Counted from the stretch's first letter, positions 52,378 through 63,700 are shown. The stretch: DNA of 64,000 nt from an uncultured Phycisphaerales bacterium (GCA_938084645.1 CALKEP010000022.1:1-64000); one strand, 5' to 3'. Made by a program: numbers and translations. Notes: generated by a model not told the origin, from the sequence alone.

Positions 52378-53637
52378 ATGTTCACCGCAACCCCTGACCA
52401 GGTCCAGATCGTCTTCTCCATCCTCGTGATCGCGGTGCTGTTGCACGTGTTCCTCGGTGCCTGTGCGTACTCGATCATGCTCGAGCGGAAACTGAGTGCG
52501 TGGATGCAGGATCGCGTCGGGCCGAATCGCGTGGGTCCCAAGGGACTCCTGCAGCCGATCGCCGACGGTCTGAAGTTCCTCCTCAAGGAGGACTACACCC
52601 CGCTCGGGGTCGACAAGGCCCTGTTCACGATGGCCCCCGGACTGATCATGCTTCCCGCGATGATCGGGTTCGCCGTGGTGCCCTTCGCCGGCGTGATCGA
52701 CATCACCGCCCTGGTCAATCTGCTTGGGATCGCCCAGGCGAACACCGCGTACGAAGTCACGGTCGTCGGTGCGGACATCAACATCGGCGTCGTGTATCTC
52801 ATCGCCGTCGCCTCCCTCGGCGTCTTCGGCGTGACGCTGGGCGGCTGGGCCAGCAACAACAAGTGGTCGTTCCTGGGTGGCCTTCGCGCCGGGGCCCAGA
52901 TGATCTCCTACGAGATTCCGATGGGGCTCTCGCTGCTCGCGATCATCCTCGTCTCGGGGTCGATCAGCCCGATGGTCATCATCGGCGGCCAGATCGAAGG
53001 TGCGTGGAACCTCGTCCAGTTGCCCCTGGCGGCGATCATCTTCTACACCTGCATGCTGGCCGAGGCCAACCGGGCCCCGTTCGACCTCGCGGAGTGCGAG
53101 AGCGAGCTCGTCGGCGGGTACCACACCGAGTACTCCTCGATGCGGTTCGCGATCTTCTTCCTCGCCGAGTACTTCCACATGATCACCGGGGCGGCGTTCT
53201 TCACGATGCTCTTCCTCGGTGGCTGGTCCCTGAACCCCTTCGGTGGCTGGGATCTTCCGGTCGCCGGTCCCTGGTGGATCGGTCTGATCCAGTTCGGCGT
53301 GGTCGCCTTCAAGATCTTCCTGCTGGTGGCGTTCGCGATGGCCATTCGCTGGACGCTGCCGAGATTCCGCTTCGATCAGCTGATGCGGCTCGCCTGGGAA
53401 GGCATGATTCCCGCCTCGCTGCTGGTCATGCTGACGGTTTCCTTCTTCCTCTTCATGGGCTGGACGGACTACATGTGGCTCGGTTCGATCGGCTGCATCG
53501 TGCTGATCTACGTCATCCTGCCGTTCATGCCCCAGCAGGCGGATCCGAACCACCGTACCCGGCTCATCGGAAGTCGCTTCAGCCCGGCCGGAGACGATCC
53601 GACCCGCGAGCAACTCACCGAGGCCACCTCCGGCTGA
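52378..53637 (+). CDS. nuoH: NADH-quinone oxidoreductase subunit H
   Basis: ERKLSAWMQDRVGPNRVG..GLLQPIADGLK, AQMISYE, NRAPFDL.ECESELVGGYHTEYS, PRFRFDQLM. Confidence 0.96.
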   Translation: MFTATPDQVQIVFSILVIAVLLHVFLGACAYSIMLERKLSAWMQDRVGPNRVGPKGLLQPIADGLKFLLKEDYTPLGVDKALFTMAPGLIMLPAMIGFAVVPFAGVIDITALVNLLGIAQANTAYEVTVVGADINIGVVYLIAVASLGVFGVTLGGWASNNKWSFLGGLRAGAQMISYEIPMGLSLLAIILVSGSISPMVIIGGQIEGAWNLVQLPLAAIIFYTCMLAEANRAPFDLAECESELVGGYHTEYSSMRFAIFFLAEYFHMITGAAFFTMLFLGGWSLNPFGGWDLPVAGPWWIGLIQFGVVAFKIFLLVAFAMAIRWTLPRFRFDQLMRLAWEGMIPASLLVMLTVSFFLFMGWTDYMWLGSIGCIVLIYVILPFMPQQADPNHRTRLIGSRFSPAGDDPTREQLTEATSG

Positions 53638-53662
53638 CCGCGACATCGATCGATCCCGGCCC

Positions 53663-53887
53663 ATGCAGACCCTGCGAAACCTGATCCCCGGCGTCCTCGG
53701 CCTGCTCCACCTCGGAGTCGCGACTCGATTCCGGATTCGTGGGGCGTACTGGCGATGGCGGATGGAGACGGCGCTCGGGGCGGACCGGGACACGTGGCCC
53801 TCGGCGGGTGAGCGGCTCAGATCCATCCTGGCCTACGGTGCGTGGGCTCGTCGGCTCCGCAAGGCTGCCGCCGCTCCGCGCGGCTGA
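53663..53887 (+). CDS. Small basic hypothetical protein
   Basis: Fills the gap between nuoH and radA; protein-like YWRWRMETA.G and Y..W..R pattern. Confidence 0.55.
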   Translation: MQTLRNLIPGVLGLLHLGVATRFRIRGAYWRWRMETALGADRDTWPSAGERLRSILAYGAWARRLRKAAAAPRG

Positions 53888-53966
53888 GCACCATCCTCCA
53901 ATCCGGTCGCGTGCATTCCCGTCGACTTCGGTCAGTACGCGAAGGTGGCCCCGTAGACTCGGGACC

Positions 53967-55379
53967 ATGGCGAAGACTCGAACCTCCTATCTCTGCCGGG
54001 ACTGCGGTGGTGTTCAGGCCAAGTGGATCGGGCGATGCCCCGACTGTGCGGCGTGGGACACCCTCGAGGCATTCACGGAATCACCCGCGGCATCGACTGC
54101 GGCGGTCGGCATGGTGGCGGGCATCGCCATTTCCGGGGCAGGCCCCGGCGACGGCGGCACCGGGGTCCTCACCAAGGCCGTCCCGCTGGTCGAGATCGAT
54201 CAACTGGAGGTTCCGAGGATCCCCACGGGAATCGAGGAGTTCGATCGAGTGCTCGGTGGCGGGGTGGTGCCGGGTTCGGTGGCATTGCTCGGTGGCGAAC
54301 CCGGAATAGGCAAGAGCACCCTCCTGATGCAGGCGGCGGCCCGGGTCGTGTCCGCGGGGCGGACGGTGCTCTACGTCAGCAGTGAGGAGAGTCCGCAGCA
54401 GATCCGGCTTCGGGGCGACCGCCTTCTGGGGGCCGCGGTGGCCGATCTTGGGAACCTCTTCCTCTGCACGGAGACGAATCTGGTTCGAATCGTCGAGGAG
54501 ATCAGGCGGGTGAAGCCTGATCTGGTGCTGCTCGACTCCATTCAGATGGTGTATCGCGGTGATCTCGACGCACCGCCGGGGTCGACGACCCAGCTTCGCC
54601 GCTGCTGCCATGACCTCGTCCAGCTGGCCAAGATCGCCGGGGCTGCCGTCGTGGTGGTGGGCCATGTCACCAAAGAAGGCTCGCTGGCGGGACCGAAGCT
54701 GCTCGAACACGTCGTCGACGCGGTGCTGGCTTTCGAGGGGGATCGGGAGCACGGCCATCGGGTGCTGCGGGCGACCAAGAACCGATTCGGCTCGACGCAG
54801 GAGATCGGGCTCTTCGAAATGGGCGGCACCGGCCTGCAGCAACTCGACGAGGGCGGCATCGCGATCGACACTTCGGGACCTGGCCTGCCGGGATCCGTGC
54901 TCACCGCCACGATGGCCGGCACGCGGTGCCTGCCGGTGGAAATCCAGGCGTTGACGTCGACCGGCTTCCTCGGTTCGGCGAAGCGACGCGGCACGGGCAT
55001 CGATGCGAATCGACTGGCCATGCTGATCGCCGTCCTCGAGAAGCACGGCGGCCAGCGATTGGCGGATCAGGACATCTTCGCCGCGGTGGCGGGTGGAATC
55101 CGCGTCACGGAACCCGCTGCGGACCTCGCTCTGGCCCTGGCGATCGCCGGGGCCCACCATGGGCGTGCTCTTCGTCCGGGGACCGTGGTTCTGGGTGAAG
55201 TCGGCCTCACGGGAGAGATCCGATCGGTCCGGGGGATCGACCAACGGCTTCGGGAACTCGCCCGGAGGGGTGCGGTCGCGGCGGTGATTCCTCGGTCGCA
55301 GGCGGATCTCGCCACGGGACTCGGCCTCGAAATCCACGCAATTGCCGGAATCGGCGCGGGTCTCTCCACGCTCGAGTGA
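53967..55379 (+). CDS. radA: DNA repair protein RadA/Sms
   Basis: C4 zinc finger, GGEPGIGKSTL, DSIQ, GHVTK.G.LAGP, KNRFG, Lon-like C-terminus. Confidence 0.96.
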   Translation: MAKTRTSYLCRDCGGVQAKWIGRCPDCAAWDTLEAFTESPAASTAAVGMVAGIAISGAGPGDGGTGVLTKAVPLVEIDQLEVPRIPTGIEEFDRVLGGGVVPGSVALLGGEPGIGKSTLLMQAAARVVSAGRTVLYVSSEESPQQIRLRGDRLLGAAVADLGNLFLCTETNLVRIVEEIRRVKPDLVLLDSIQMVYRGDLDAPPGSTTQLRRCCHDLVQLAKIAGAAVVVVGHVTKEGSLAGPKLLEHVVDAVLAFEGDREHGHRVLRATKNRFGSTQEIGLFEMGGTGLQQLDEGGIAIDTSGPGLPGSVLTATMAGTRCLPVEIQALTSTGFLGSAKRRGTGIDANRLAMLIAVLEKHGGQRLADQDIFAAVAGGIRVTEPAADLALALAIAGAHHGRALRPGTVVLGEVGLTGEIRSVRGIDQRLRELARRGAVAAVIPRSQADLATGLGLEIHAIAGIGAGLSTLE

Positions 55380-55758
55380 TTTTTTTCGGGGTCGTGATCA
55401 GCCCGTTTCAAGCCTCGAACGACGGAAATCATGGAAAACATGACGGATTCGCCCGGATCTGTCAGGCCGCGCAACCTCTTTTAGAACAGACACTTGGGGA
55501 AGGCCCGGAATTGGCGGGGCCGGATGTTCGGGATCTGTTCGCAGTGCTTGCTGGTCCCACTGTGGCGAACCCTCGGGGAGTGGGTATAGTCCCGTCCTTA
55601 ATCCCGGCCGGCCATGTTGGTCGATAGGGAAACTCACGTCCGGCTTTTGCCACGGGTGGCAGGAGCAACGCACGGGCGGGTGGATGAATTCGGGCCGTCG
55701 CACGCAGGTCACCACTGTGCGACGAACAAGGCCCATGCACTTCTTGGAGAGTCACCCA

Positions 55759-57129
55759 ATGAGTCTGACCAACAAGTTTGGGCTCGTCGCTGGAACGACC
55801 GCACTGGCCATCGCCGGTTCGGCTTTCGGCGGTGTCGAGTCCGACAACGACGCGCTTGCACAGATCGCCGAACTGAAGCAGGAGCTCGCCGAGCTCAAGC
55901 AGCAGAACGGCCAGGACTGGCTGACCGAGCAGCGATCTTCCGAGATCCGCGGCATCGTTCAGGACGTCCTCGCGGATGCCGACACCCGTACGAGCCTTCA
56001 GAGCTCGGGCGCGATGGCCGGCTACAACAACGGCTTCTTCCTCGCCAGCCCCGACGGGAACTTCTCCCTGAAGGTCGGCGGCCAGATTCAGATCCGCTGG
56101 GTCATGAACTCGGCCAAGGATCAGAACACCCTCTGGGGCTTCGAGAACCGACGTACCAAGCTCGACTTCCAGGGCAACGTCTTCAGCAAGGACTGGACCT
56201 ACCGCGTCCGATCCAACTTCTCGAACGAAGTCGCTGGCGTCAGCGACCTCGAGTTCGCCTACGTCGAGAAGGCCATGGACAACGGCATGAGCATTCGTGT
56301 CGGTCAGTTCCAGGCTCCGTGGCTTCGTGAAGTCCTCGTCGACTCCTCGATGCAGCTCGCGGCCGAGCGATCCGTCGTGTCGCAGCTCTTCAGCCAGGGC
56401 TACTCGCAGGGCATCCAGTGGGGCATGGAGTCCGACTCCTTCCGCATCAACGCTGGTCTCTTCGACGGCATCGGTGGTGCCAACAACTTCAGCGCGAACA
56501 CCTACAACTCCCGCAACACCTCGTGGAACAACTCCCCGACGAACTACGCGGTTGCTGCCCGGGCTGACTTCAAGCTCTCCGGCGACTGGAGCCAGTTCGA
56601 CGACTTCTCCAGCTTCAAGGGCGAAGAAGCCGGCATGATGGCCGGTGCCGCCGTCTTGTACCAGCGTTCGAACGGCAACAACAACGCCGCGACCGCTGGC
56701 TCCAAGGTGTTCGGTATCACGGGTGACTTCACCTGGGACTTCGGTGGCGCGAGCCTCTTCGCCTCCGGCGTCTGGGTTCAGAACAAGCCCAAGGACGCTG
56801 GCGACAAGACCAGCCCCTGGGGCGTCACCGTGCAGGGTGGCTACTTCATCAGCGAGGACCTCGAGCTCTTCGGTCGCTACGAGTACCTCAACTACAACGT
56901 CAAGGACAACAACAACAACCAGAACGTCGATAAGTACAACGGCGTCACCTTCGGCGTTAACTACTTCTTCGCCAAGGGCGTGAAGTTCACGACGGACTTC
57001 AGCTGGAACCTGAAGAGCCTCTCCGGTACCAACACCGACGCGGCTCTGAACGGCGTCGGCTTCCGGCAGGACATCAACAACGAGAAGAACCAGTGGGCCC
57101 TTCGTGCCCAGCTGCAGCTGCTGTTCTGA
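55759..57129 (+). CDS. Outer-membrane porin (OprO/OprP-like beta-barrel) with N-terminal coiled coil, paralog 1
   Basis: GGAG SD, signal peptide, GFENRRTKL, VGQFQAP..RE, terminal QLQLLF BAM signal; strongly biased codon use suggests high expression. Confidence 0.8.
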   Translation: MSLTNKFGLVAGTTALAIAGSAFGGVESDNDALAQIAELKQELAELKQQNGQDWLTEQRSSEIRGIVQDVLADADTRTSLQSSGAMAGYNNGFFLASPDGNFSLKVGGQIQIRWVMNSAKDQNTLWGFENRRTKLDFQGNVFSKDWTYRVRSNFSNEVAGVSDLEFAYVEKAMDNGMSIRVGQFQAPWLREVLVDSSMQLAAERSVVSQLFSQGYSQGIQWGMESDSFRINAGLFDGIGGANNFSANTYNSRNTSWNNSPTNYAVAARADFKLSGDWSQFDDFSSFKGEEAGMMAGAAVLYQRSNGNNNAATAGSKVFGITGDFTWDFGGASLFASGVWVQNKPKDAGDKTSPWGVTVQGGYFISEDLELFGRYEYLNYNVKDNNNNQNVDKYNGVTFGVNYFFAKGVKFTTDFSWNLKSLSGTNTDAALNGVGFRQDINNEKNQWALRAQLQLLF

Positions 57130-57155
57130 TCGAGAAGTTCATCCACCCGAAGATC

Positions 57156-57230
57156 GCTCCACCCCCCTCGGGGGGTGGAGCTTCAAGGGCTCGGCCGGCC
57201 GAACCGCGAGGTTCGGCCGGTTTTTCTTTT
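57156..57230 (+). terminator. Double hairpin and intrinsic terminator after porin 1
   Basis: GCTCCACCCCC..GGGGGTGGAGC, then CCGGCCGAACC-GCGA-GGTTCGGCCGG followed by TTTTTCTTTT. Confidence 0.88.
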
Positions 57231-57424
57231 GATCTGAAACCGAGGGTGATGTTTGTGTCTTGTATGGAAATGGTTTTCCTTTAATGAAATTGCGACTCAA
57301 TCTCAGCACGAATCGCTTTTTCTTGTCAATATGCCCGTATCCGGGCCGTCCGACAGTCGCGCTTCCCGAAGGTCGGGAAGGCGAACAAAATAGTCTGACG
57401 GCATCTCAAGGAAACAGCATCTCC

Positions 57425-58780
57425 ATGGCACTTGAACTGCATGTTGCGATCGCTTCCGTCGCACTTATCGCATCGCCGGTCCTCGCTTCCGGAGTCGGCC
57501 CCGAGGTCGACCATGAAATCACGGGAGAGGTGGCCGACGAGATTCGCGCACTTCGCGGTGAGATCGCGGAACTCCGACGGGAATCCGACGCGGGGTGGCT
57601 CACCGAGCGGCGATCGAATGAGATCCGAGGCGTCGTCAACGACGTGCTGGCGGACGCTTCGAGCCGGGCCAGTCTCCAGGACTCGGGCGCGACCGCGGGC
57701 TGGAACAAGGGGTTCTTCCTCGCCAGCCCCGACGGCCGTTTCAAGTTGAAGGTCGGCGGGCAGGTTCAGGTTCGTTGGGTCCTGAACTCCGCGGCCGATC
57801 AGCCGACCGCCTACGGCTTCGAGAATCGTCGCACCAAGCTCTCCTTCTCCGGAAACGTGTTCGACAAGTCCTGGACCTACAAGGTCAAGGGTGGTTTTTC
57901 GCGGGCGGGTGGGCTCTTCAGGCTCGAGGAGGCGTGGGTCCAGAAGAAGCTCGAGAACGGACTCGCCATCAAGGTCGGTCAGTTCAAGGCCCCGTGGATG
58001 CGGGAGGAACTCGTCTCGAGTTCCAGGCAGCTCACCGTCGAACGCTCGATCGTCAACGAGTACTTCAACCAGGGGTATGCCCAGGGAATCCAGGTCGGCT
58101 ACGAGGCCGAGGACTTCCGCGTCTCGGCCTGGACCGGTGACGGGATCGGCTCGCGGGGGTTCGGCCCCGCCCGCACCAACAGTCAGAACACGACCTGGGA
58201 CCAGACCAGCACCAACTACTCGTTCGCCGCCCGGGCCGAGTTCAAGCTCTCCGGCGAATGGAGCCAGTTCAAGGACTTCAGCAGCGCCCGGGGCAGTGAC
58301 TCGGGCATGATGTTCGGTGTTGCGGGGGTGACCCAGCGAGCCAACCAGAACATCGGCGCCGCCGAGGGCACCAAGGTCTACGGCGTGACTGGTGACTTCA
58401 CCTGGGACCTCTCCGGGGCGAGCCTCTTCGTCTCCGGCGTCTGGACCAACGTCGACCAGCCCGGGGCCCAGTCCACGAACCCCTGGGGCGTCACGATCCA
58501 GGGCGGTTACTTCGTGACCGAGACGGTCGAAGCGTTCGCCCGCTACGAGTACATGGACTACGACCCGCCCACCTCCTCCGACATCGCTCGGTTCGATGGG
58601 TTCACGGTGGGTGGGAACTGGTTCATCAACAAGAGCGTGAAGTTCACCGCCGACTTCACCTACAACTTCGCCTCGCTCGCCACCGGGGCGTTCGTGGCCA
58701 GCAGCGCCGGATTCCGGACCGACGATCCCGGCCAGGACGGCCAGTGGGCGATCCGGGCCCAGCTGCAGTTGCTGTTCTGA
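57425..58780 (+). CDS. Outer-membrane porin, paralog 2
   Basis: Signal peptide; WLTERRSNEIRGVVNDVLADA, GFFLASPDG, GFENRRTKL, QLQLLF. Confidence 0.8.
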   Translation: MALELHVAIASVALIASPVLASGVGPEVDHEITGEVADEIRALRGEIAELRRESDAGWLTERRSNEIRGVVNDVLADASSRASLQDSGATAGWNKGFFLASPDGRFKLKVGGQVQVRWVLNSAADQPTAYGFENRRTKLSFSGNVFDKSWTYKVKGGFSRAGGLFRLEEAWVQKKLENGLAIKVGQFKAPWMREELVSSSRQLTVERSIVNEYFNQGYAQGIQVGYEAEDFRVSAWTGDGIGSRGFGPARTNSQNTTWDQTSTNYSFAARAEFKLSGEWSQFKDFSSARGSDSGMMFGVAGVTQRANQNIGAAEGTKVYGVTGDFTWDLSGASLFVSGVWTNVDQPGAQSTNPWGVTIQGGYFVTETVEAFARYEYMDYDPPTSSDIARFDGFTVGGNWFINKSVKFTADFTYNFASLATGAFVASSAGFRTDDPGQDGQWAIRAQLQLLF

Positions 58781-58836
58781 TCTCGAATCATCCACCCGCG
58801 AGCACTGGATCCACGGATCTCGTGTTGCAGGAAACC

Positions 58837-58873
58837 CCGGCCGGCTCCGAATCACGGAGTCGGCCGGTTTCTT
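58837..58873 (+). terminator. Intrinsic terminator after porin 2
   Basis: CCGGCCGGCTCCG-AATCA-CGGAGTCGGCCGG followed by TTTCTT. Confidence 0.7.
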
Positions 58874-58942
58874 CATGCGGTCGGTTTCGACCGGCCGATA
58901 GATGCGGTACGGATTTCTTCAAACCAAGAGCACGAGGTTTCC

Positions 58943-60583
58943 ATGCGCAGGATGCGAATTGGACGGACGGGCGGGCTTCTGGGCGTCACCGCGACGCTGC
59001 TGACGGCCACCGCCCAGGGGCAGGACGCCACCGCGATCGAGGAGATGGCCCGTCGCCTCGCCGACATCGAGAAGCAGAACGAGACGCTCAAGACGCGGGT
59101 CAACGAGCTCGAGGCGGCCGATGCCGACGTCTGGCTCACCCAGGAGCGATCGGACCAGATCCGGGCCGTGGTCACCGACGTCCTCGCGGATGCGGAGACG
59201 AGGGTCAGCCTCCAGTCGAGCGGGATGACCGCGGGCTGGGACGACGGCTTCTTCCTCGCGAGTCCGGACGGCCGATTCCGACTCGAGGTCGGCGGCATGG
59301 TCCAGGTGCGATACATGGACTCCCATATCCGGGAGGGTTGGCCGACCTTCAACGATCAGGGTCAGCAGGAGCAGCAGTTCGCGGCCGAGGATGACGTCAC
59401 CAGCCGGGCTGGTTTCGACATCCCGCACGCCCGGCTCGATTTCAAGGGGCATGTCTTCGGGCCCGACACCCGATTCCGAGTCCAGGGTGAATTCACCAAC
59501 GAACGTCCCAATTCGATCCAGCTGTACACCAATCCAATCGCCGCCTCTTCACCGGAAAACGGCTCGTCGAACGGGGCCTTCGAGCTCCTCGACGCCTACA
59601 TCCTGCAGGAGATCGGCAACGGGTGGGCCATCCGGGTCGGTCAGTTCAAGCTGCCCTTCGATCGTGGCTGGGAGGTTCCGATTGCGAACCAGCTGACCGG
59701 CGAGCGGAACACCGTCGCCCTCCACATGGGGATCGGCCGAAGCCAGGGCATCGAGCTCGCGTGGGGCGGTGACACCACCCGCGCCCGCGTCGCCTTCAGC
59801 GACGGTGGAAACGACCGGATCTTCGATGCCTACCACTTCAGCACCACGCAGCCCCTGAACTCGCCGTACGACTTCTCCCAGGCGGAGCTCGCGTTCTCCG
59901 GTCGCCTTGAGTTCAAGCTCGCCGGCAACTGGCGCGAGTTCGACTCGATGACGTCGCCGCCGGGATCGGAGATGGGCGTGCTCCTGGGTGTCGGCGCCCA
60001 TTGGCAGCAGAGCAAGGTGATGCTGAATCCCAGCAGCTACAACGCCACGCCCGACGGTGGCTACAACGACTGGTTCGCGTTGACGGGCGACCTCACCTGG
60101 AACCTCGGTGGCGGCAGCATCAGCGCCGCGGCCTATTACCACCACGTCGCGTCCAAGTCCTCCTACCTGTACTTCGGCTTCTCGCCGGTCGGAGGCTCCA
60201 ACAACCGGACCTTCGACGCGGGGAATGTCGCGATGTTCGGAGCCAGCCTCTACGGGTCGATGTATCTCACCGCGGACTTCGAGGCGTTCGTCGGTGTCGA
60301 TTACATGGAAGTCGTCGACAACGGAAACCTCGGGGCGCTCGCCAATTCGCCGCCGGGACTCTCGGCGGACTTCTACGGGGCCTTCGCGGACACTTCGAAC
60401 TTCTCCAGCATCACCGCCGGCAGCACCTGGTACCTCGACGGGAACGATCTGAAGTGGGGTTTCTCGGTGAGTTACTTCCCGAGATCCATCTCCCCGGCGT
60501 GGACCACGCCTGAAACCGGGGTCCGGTCGACCCCGGTCAGTGATGCCTACACGATCCGGACCTACCTCCAGCTCATGTTCTGA
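58943..60583 (+). CDS. Outer-membrane porin, paralog 3 (more divergent, longer loops)
   Basis: Signal peptide; WLTQERSDQIRAVVTDVLADA, GFFLASPDG, VGQFKLPF, terminal YLQLMF. Confidence 0.78.
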   Translation: MRRMRIGRTGGLLGVTATLLTATAQGQDATAIEEMARRLADIEKQNETLKTRVNELEAADADVWLTQERSDQIRAVVTDVLADAETRVSLQSSGMTAGWDDGFFLASPDGRFRLEVGGMVQVRYMDSHIREGWPTFNDQGQQEQQFAAEDDVTSRAGFDIPHARLDFKGHVFGPDTRFRVQGEFTNERPNSIQLYTNPIAASSPENGSSNGAFELLDAYILQEIGNGWAIRVGQFKLPFDRGWEVPIANQLTGERNTVALHMGIGRSQGIELAWGGDTTRARVAFSDGGNDRIFDAYHFSTTQPLNSPYDFSQAELAFSGRLEFKLAGNWREFDSMTSPPGSEMGVLLGVGAHWQQSKVMLNPSSYNATPDGGYNDWFALTGDLTWNLGGGSISAAAYYHHVASKSSYLYFGFSPVGGSNNRTFDAGNVAMFGASLYGSMYLTADFEAFVGVDYMEVVDNGNLGALANSPPGLSADFYGAFADTSNFSSITAGSTWYLDGNDLKWGFSVSYFPRSISPAWTTPETGVRSTPVSDAYTIRTYLQLMF

Positions 60584-60760
60584 GCCTCTCCGAGTCGGAT
60601 CCGGGGCCTCTTCGTCCACTCACGCGGTCTCGTCGCTTCGGCGACGAGGCCGCGTTTTCCACTCGGCGTTCCGGCCCCCATCCGGGAGGGGCCGGGATCA
60701 CGCGCCACTTGGGGCTCGTCGAGAGCCGTGCCGCGAGGGATTCCCTAAAATGCCGCGGAA

Positions 60761-63700
60761 ATGACCATCGCCAACGCCGCGTCCCCGACCATGACCACCA
60801 CCGTCCACCGTATCGAGATCCATCGGCGTCCCGAATTCGGTGATCCGGCCGCGGATGCCCTGCGTCGCGAATTCGAGGGGCTCCCGCCGGGCCTGTTGCC
60901 TCGGTCGGTCGACTGCGCCGCGGTCTATCTGATCGAGGGTGCGTTCTCCGATCGTGAACTCTCGATGATCGCCGAGGAACTGCTCGCGGACCCCGTGACC
61001 CAGTCACCGGTCATCGGCGCCGCAGCCGCGGGGGCCGATGAAGTGGTGATCGAGGTGCACCCGCTCCCCGGGGTGATGGATCCCGCGGCGGCCTCGATCG
61101 CGACCGCGATCCACGCGATGCTCGGCGAGTCCGAGGGCTCGGCCATCACGGTCCGGACCGGTCGTCGATACACCTTCGGGGGAATCGATGCGGAGGCCGG
61201 TGGCGATCTCGCGACCCGTCTTCTCGCGAACCCGGTGGTCCACGCGATTCACACCGGCCCGTATCACCCGGCGTCCTTCCCGGTCGGTCACCAGCAACCG
61301 TTCGAGGTTCGCGACGTGCCGCTGTGCGAACTCGATGACGCCGGTCTGGAGCGACTGAGCCGCGACGCGCATCTCTTCCTCTCGCTCGACGAGATGCGGG
61401 CGATCCAGTCCCATTACCAGGGCCTCGGTCGTGAGCCTCGGGAGATCGAACTGGAGACGCTCGCCCAGACCTGGTCCGAGCATTGCGTTCACAAGACCTT
61501 GAAGGCGACCATCGAGTATCGCGAACCCGCCGACGAATCGGGCTTCTCCATTCGCGACACCGCGGGTCATCGGCCCGGCCATTCGGTCGACGACGCCGGG
61601 CGGGTTCGGATTGAAAACCTGTTGAAGTCGACCGTCGCCGCCGCGACCCATCAACTGATGGCGGACGGCCTCGACGACTGGTGCCTGTCGGTCTTCGTGG
61701 ACAATGCGGGCATCGTGGGATTCGACGACGACACCGCGGTGTGCATGAAGGTCGAGACCCACAACCATCCGTCGGCGATCGAGCCGTACGGCGGGGCCGC
61801 GACCGGGATCGGCGGTTGCATCCGCGACATCATGGGCACCGGGCTCGCGGCGAAGCCGATCGCGGCGACCGACGTGTTCTGCGTCGGAACCGACGCGCCG
61901 GCCGAGATCCCCACGGGCTGCCTGCATCCGCACCGCATCCTCGGCGAGGTGGTCGCGGGGGTTCGCGACTATGGCAACCGCATGGGCATACCCACCATCG
62001 ATGGGGGGGTGTGGTTCGACGATCGCTACATCGGCAACCCGCTCGTGTACGTCGGTTGCGTCGGTGTGATGCCCCGTGATCTGATCTCCGGCGACGCCCG
62101 GCCCGGGGATCGGATCATCGCGATGGGCGGTCGCACGGGACGGGACGGGATCCACGGTGCGACCTTCTCGAGCGCGGAACTGACCGACACCCATGCCGAC
62201 GAGTTCAGTCACGCGGTGCAGATCGGTAACGCCATCACCGAGAAGGTGACGCTCGATGCCGTTCTCGCGGCACGGGATCATCCCGACGGTTGCCTGTTCA
62301 GCTCGATCACCGACTGCGGGGCTGGTGGCTTCAGCAGCGCCGTGGGCGAGATGGGCGAGAAGATCGGGGCCGAGGTGCGGTTGGATCGGGCGCCGCTCAA
62401 GTACGACGGTCTGAGTCCGGTCGAAGTCTGGATCAGCGAGGCCCAGGAACGCATGGTGCTCGCGGTGCCGGCGGAGAACGTCGACGCGATCGCGGCGATC
62501 TGCGACAGTCACGATGTCGAGTGGTGCGATCTCGGTGAGTTCGGAACGCCCGACCGGGAACTGGTGCTTCGCTGGGGCGACGTCGAGGTCGGCCGAATCG
62601 CGATGGAATTCATGCACGACGGGGTGCCCATGCCTCTTCGTGAGGCGGTTTGGGATCCCGAGTGGGCCGCCCGCGAGGCCGGCGGTGACGACGTCGGCGT
62701 GGAACGGTCGGGAGTGATCGGTGATGTCGCCGGCGTGTTCGACCTGACGGCCACGCTTCTGGGGCACCCGAATCTTGCAAGCAAGGCGTGGATCGTGCGG
62801 CAGTACGACCACGAGGTCCAGGGTGGCAGCGTGGTGAAGCCCTTCGTCGGCCCGAACGCGGGACCGGGGGACGCGGCGGTGATTCGTCCGGTTCCCGATC
62901 GCCCCCGCGGACTGGCGATCGGCCACGGGCTCGCCACCGGGCTCGCCCGCGACCCGTACGTGATGGGGCTGGCGGCGATCGACGAGTGCGTTCGCAACAT
63001 GGTCTGCGTCGGTGCGGATCCCGACCGCATCGCGATCCTCGACAACTTCTGCTGGCCCGGATGCGACGACCCTCGAAACCTCGGATCGCTGGTCCGTGCG
63101 GCCGAAGCGTGCCTCGATGGCGGCCTCGCGTATCGCACGCCGTTCGTGAGCGGCAAGGACTCTCTGAACAACCAGTTCACGACCGAGGACGGTCGGACGA
63201 TTCGAATCCCGCCGACCCTGTTGATCTCGGGCATGGGCATCGTTTCCGAGGAACGATTCGCCACCACCATGGATGCCAAGCGTCCGGGCAGCCGTCTGCT
63301 CGCGATCGGCGCGACGACGAATCGCCTTGGTGGCTCGCACTACCTTCGGGTCGGCGGGGATCCGGCCGCTGGCGTCGACGAACTGCCGGTGGTCGATCTC
63401 GAACTGGGGCCCAGGATCGCGCGGATCGTCCACGACGCGATTCGCCAGGGTCTGGTTCGGTCGGCCCATGACGCGAGCGAGGGCGGACTTCTGCCCGCCG
63501 CGATCGAGATGGCTTTCGCAGGGGGGCTCGGTCTCGAGCTCGATCTCGACGCGGTGCCGGTCGACGGAGCATCCGTCTCCGCCTTGGCGAGGGCGTTCGC
63601 GGAGGATCCCTCACGCTATCTCCTGGAAGTCGAGGAAGCGGATCTTCCGGCGGTCGAGGCACTGCTGGCGGACGTACCGCACGGCGTGGTGGGATCGTTC

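Noticed and set aside
57260..57424. Longer N-terminus for porin 2
   Set aside because: AT-rich, promoter-like sequence after a terminator; the signal peptide starts at ATG 57425
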